Shown here piece after piece: positions 61,585 through 64,000 of a stretch of DNA of 64,000 bases. Source of the DNA: an uncultured Candidatus Saccharibacteria bacterium (GTDB lineage: Bacteria; Patescibacteriota; Minisyncoccia; Minisyncoccales; Staskawiczbacteraceae); assembly GCA_964599285.1 (NCBI GenBank), contig CAZREI010000001.1, forward strand, positions 34,562-98,561, given 5' to 3'. The notes below the pieces were generated by a model. It saw only the letters and a list, made by a program, of their open reading frames with translations. It did no database searches and was not told the DNA's origin. How positions within the stretch are numbered: position 1 is the first letter of the stretch; every line of letters begins with the position of its first letter. A program made the position numbers and the translations under genes.

Positions 61585-62364
61585 CTAATCACAAATAATC
61601 ACGTACCTAAATTTACCGTACTGGTCTTTGCGAAATTCCCAGTGATTGTAACCGTATTTTTTTAATAATTTTTCTATGCCAGGTTTTTGCGGCGGGTCAA
61701 ACTCCATGTATATTTTTCCGTTTTGGTTTAGGAAATTTTTGGCTTCGGCCAAAAATTTCCTGATGTAAAACAATCCATCCTTTCCACCAAACAAAGCCAT
61801 TTTGGGTTCGTATTGTAAAACTGATTTTTGTATGTTATTTTTTTGTGTCGTTGGAATATACGGCGGATTGGCAAAAATGTAATCATACCTGCCTTTTATA
61901 TTACTAAAAACATCTGATTGAACGACATGATGCCTTTTCTTATTATCTATTCGCTTATTCGTACGAATAAGCGAATAGTTTATTTTTATATTTATTTTTA
62001 TCTGTTCTAAAAAGTTTTTTTCTTTTTCCACAAACGTTAGAGTCGCGTTTTTAATCTGTCGCATAATAGAAACACCAATGCACCCGGACCCGGCAAACAT
62101 ATCTAAAACTCGTATACTACGTTTTTCACGGCCGTTAAAATCAGAGTATATGTCTTCCGTGGCTTTTTGGACCCAATATTCCGTTTCCGGCCGAGGAATC
62201 AAAGGCTTTTTCGACAAATCAATTTTGCATCCTAAAAATTCAGTAAAGCCAATAACATAATCCACCGGCTCCCCCATTTTCAGGCGCCTAACATCTTGTT
62301 GAAATTTTGCAGTTGGCTTTCCCTGATATTTCTCTTTCAAAAGCCATGAGATTTCTTTTTGCAT
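61585..62364 (-). CDS. prmC: release-factor glutamine N5-methyltransferase
   Basis: 'VLDMFAGSGCIGVS' (SAM motif) and 'IFANPPYIP' (NPPY). Confidence 0.85.
   Translation of the reverse strand: MQKEISWLLKEKYQGKPTAKFQQDVRRLKMGEPVDYVIGFTEFLGCKIDLSKKPLIPRPETEYWVQKATEDIYSDFNGREKRSIRVLDMFAGSGCIGVSIMRQIKNATLTFVEKEKNFLEQIKINIKINYSLIRTNKRIDNKKRHHVVQSDVFSNIKGRYDYIFANPPYIPTTQKNNIQKSVLQYEPKMALFGGKDGLFYIRKFLAEAKNFLNQNGKIYMEFDPPQKPGIEKLLKKYGYNHWEFRKDQYGKFRYVIICD
61947..61978. repeat. perfect 32-nt palindrome embedded in frame in prmC
   Basis: ctattcgcttattcgt|acgaataagcgaatag, built of ATTCGT/ACGAAT words, translates as 'YSLIRTNKRID'. Confidence 0.8.
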
Positions 62365-62384
62365 GTTTTTTTATTCTTGCATAA

Positions 62385-62413
62385 ATAAAAAAAAGACCCA
62401 AATTACTTTGGGT
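62385..62413 (-). terminator. rho-independent terminator after pyrB
   Basis: The minus strand reads gacccaaagtaatttgggtc followed by ttttttttatt. Confidence 0.65.
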
Positions 62414-62429
62414 CACCAACCGTTAGGTT

Positions 62430-63404
62430 CTATTCTTTTGGAGCAAGGATTATCCGAAGCAAAGCCATCCGCACTGATAGCCCATTGGCTACTTGTCGAA
62501 AATAAGCGGCTCGTGGGTCGGCGTCAACTTCGGGCGCGATTTCATCCACCCTGGGCAACGGATGCATAATGATGGCATCTTTTTTCATGCGCTCAAGCAC
62601 CTTGCCATCAACGGTAAAGTATCCGAGTTTCCGGTCGTTGCTCTTAAAATTACTTCCGCGCTCTTTTTGGACTCTGGTCTGGTAGATCACATCTATCTCC
62701 GGCGCTACGTCCAAAATGCTCGTTGATTCGGAAAACACAATGCCTCGACGCTCCAAGTATGCTTTAATGTCCGGCTTCATTTGAGCACATGTTGGCGAGA
62801 CAAAATCAATGTGCACACCTTCGAACTTACCCAAGTTGTAGCAAAGCGAACGCACGACCCTACTTTTTTCCAAATCACCCACCATGGCAATGCGTAAATT
62901 ATCGATGCGACCCAACTCTTTTTGGATAGTAAAAATGTCCAGCAATGCCTGCGTGGGATGCTGCTGTTTGCCATCCCCCGCATTGATGATAGGAACACTG
63001 GAAACTTTGGCCGCTTCTTTGGACGCATCATCTTGGTGATGGCGCAAAACGATGACGTTAGGCTTATACTGGCAAAGAACCTGTATGGTATCGGTAAGAA
63101 TTTCGCCCTTTGCCGCCGAAGAAAACAGCCCGGCGTTTTCGGTGGAAAACATAGTTTGTCCACCAAGCCTAAGCATTGCGGCAGAAAATGATGCCCTGGT
63201 ACGAGTACTTTCTTCGTAAAATAACTGAACCATGGTTTGATGTTCCAGAAGAGTTCTTACCCATTTTAATTCAACTCGTTCTTGCATCGTATTAGCTCTG
63301 TCCATCAATATCGCTTCCCGAAAAAATGGGCCCTCAATCCATTCTCGAGAAAACTGCTGTGCTTCCAGGATGTGAGGAAAACCAGGAAATCGTTCGGAGA
63401 TCAT
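62430..63404 (-). CDS. pyrB: aspartate carbamoyltransferase catalytic subunit
   Basis: 'ESTRTRASF', 'HPTQALLD' and 'HPLPRVDEI'. SD AAGGAG lies 8 nt before ATG 63404, so the ORF-track TTG start was trimmed. Confidence 0.9.
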   Translation of the reverse strand: MISERFPGFPHILEAQQFSREWIEGPFFREAILMDRANTMQERVELKWVRTLLEHQTMVQLFYEESTRTRASFSAAMLRLGGQTMFSTENAGLFSSAAKGEILTDTIQVLCQYKPNVIVLRHHQDDASKEAAKVSSVPIINAGDGKQQHPTQALLDIFTIQKELGRIDNLRIAMVGDLEKSRVVRSLCYNLGKFEGVHIDFVSPTCAQMKPDIKAYLERRGIVFSESTSILDVAPEIDVIYQTRVQKERGSNFKSNDRKLGYFTVDGKVLERMKKDAIIMHPLPRVDEIAPEVDADPRAAYFRQVANGLSVRMALLRIILAPKE

Positions 63405-63474
63405 TACCCTGCTCCTTGTTGTTAAGGTGCGACCACTCAAAAAATCCGCAACGTCACTCGCCTTTTTTGGGCGA

Positions 63475-63592
63475 GCTCCTTAGAAACCCACGGTTTCTAA
63501 CGTCTCTGTGCTCATGAGAATTTTTTGCTAAAAATTCTCATGAGCACAGGACTGTTTTCCTCCACGGGAAGATACCCAATCTTCCCGACCCC
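63475..63592. ncRNA. candidate structured motif, copy 2 (pyrB upstream region)
   Basis: Same conserved flanks as 40733-40817. The variable middle hairpin is expanded to a 19-bp stem (ctgtgctcatgagaatttt/aaaattctcatgagcacag). Confidence 0.35.
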
Positions 63593-63597
63593 ATCTT

Positions 63598-63628
63598 TAA
63601 AAAAGCAGCTTTAATAGCTGCTTTTTTG
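63598..63628. terminator. bidirectional-shape terminator after rplU
   Basis: aaaagcagct-ttaat-agctgctttt. Confidence 0.65.
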
Positions 63629-63636
63629 CGGATTTT

Positions 63637-63978
63637 TTAATTTCCAATTTTTAAAATCTCAATTTCAGTGAACAGTTGCCGATGTCCGATTTTTCTTTTG
63701 TATCTTTTCTTGGGCTTGTATTTAAAAATAATCAGTTTTTCGCCTTTGCCATGATTCAGTACTTTGGCGGTTACTTTGGCATCTTTTACTAGCGGCGCGC
63801 CAATTTGCATATCTTTGTTTCTCGCACCCTCCTTCGCTAAAGCTTCAGAAGAGCAAAGCAATAAAACCTCGCCAAAGGTAATTTCTTTTCCTTCTTTTTC
63901 ATCCAGTTTTTCCACCTTGATTTTATCGCCGGGCTGGACAAGATACTGCTTGCCACCGGTTTTAATCACTGCAATCAT
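63637..63978 (-). CDS. rplU: ribosomal protein L21 (with a short internal insertion)
   Basis: 'MIAVIKTGGKQYLVQPGDKIKVEKL' and 'KVLNHGKGEKLIIFKYKPKKRYKRKIGHRQ'. Confidence 0.9.
   Translation of the reverse strand: MIAVIKTGGKQYLVQPGDKIKVEKLDEKEGKEITFGEVLLLCSSEALAKEGARNKDMQIGAPLVKDAKVTAKVLNHGKGEKLIIFKYKPKKRYKRKIGHRQLFTEIEILKIGN
63824..63851. repeat. intragenic in-frame repeat word in rplU (GCGAAGGAGG type)
   Basis: The reverse complement 'cttctgaagctttagcgaaggagggtgc' encodes 'SEALAKEGA', which is absent from the L21 sequences I can recall. Confidence 0.5.
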
Positions 63979-64000
63979 GATAGTTTTTGGTTTTAGGTTT

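Overview
The window reads as a compact, AT-leaning bacterial chromosome segment. The gene content is consistent with a reduced-genome Patescibacteria/CPR-like organism, but this is inference only because no database search was possible. About 58 coding regions and one tRNA-Ala(GGC) are supported. Housekeeping genes are scattered rather than clustered: murD (as a fusion), ftsW, murG, gltX, uppS, rpmA, pyrG, rplI, ctpA, mraY, a D-Ala-D-Ala carboxypeptidase, aspS, tyrS, murC, thpR/ligT, efp, prmC, pyrB, rplU, folA and a family-4 UDG. Between them lie cell-surface genes: a sortase with an LPNTG substrate, a 1238-aa PKD/Cys-rich protein, a 1845-aa GLUG/FN3/PG-binding protein and a 308-aa Cys-repeat protein. 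There is also a membrane-anchored TraD/VirD4/HerA-like ATPase. Accessory material comprises a large serine recombinase block at 1-5.8 kb and a relatively GC-rich island at 24.3-30.6 kb with a Xer-like recombinase, a free-standing LAGLIDADG endonuclease and orphan genes. The most unusual property is the repeat landscape. Nearly every intergenic region holds a member of one of at least seven hairpin-forming repeat families, many ending a few nucleotides before a start codon. Short palindromic members are also embedded in frame inside essential genes (murD fusion, murC, gltX, rplU, prmC, thpR, xer-like gene, giant adhesin), as Rickettsia palindromic elements are. Other leads are: a MurD fused to a ~455-aa PP-loop-like domain (possible MurL-type epimerase); a two-copy structured motif with compensatory base changes; a relic mraY 3' end; an iteron-like repeat array; and a ~90-nt direct repeat pair bracketing a 3.8-kb foreign segment. 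No CRISPR array, rRNA or cas gene was seen.
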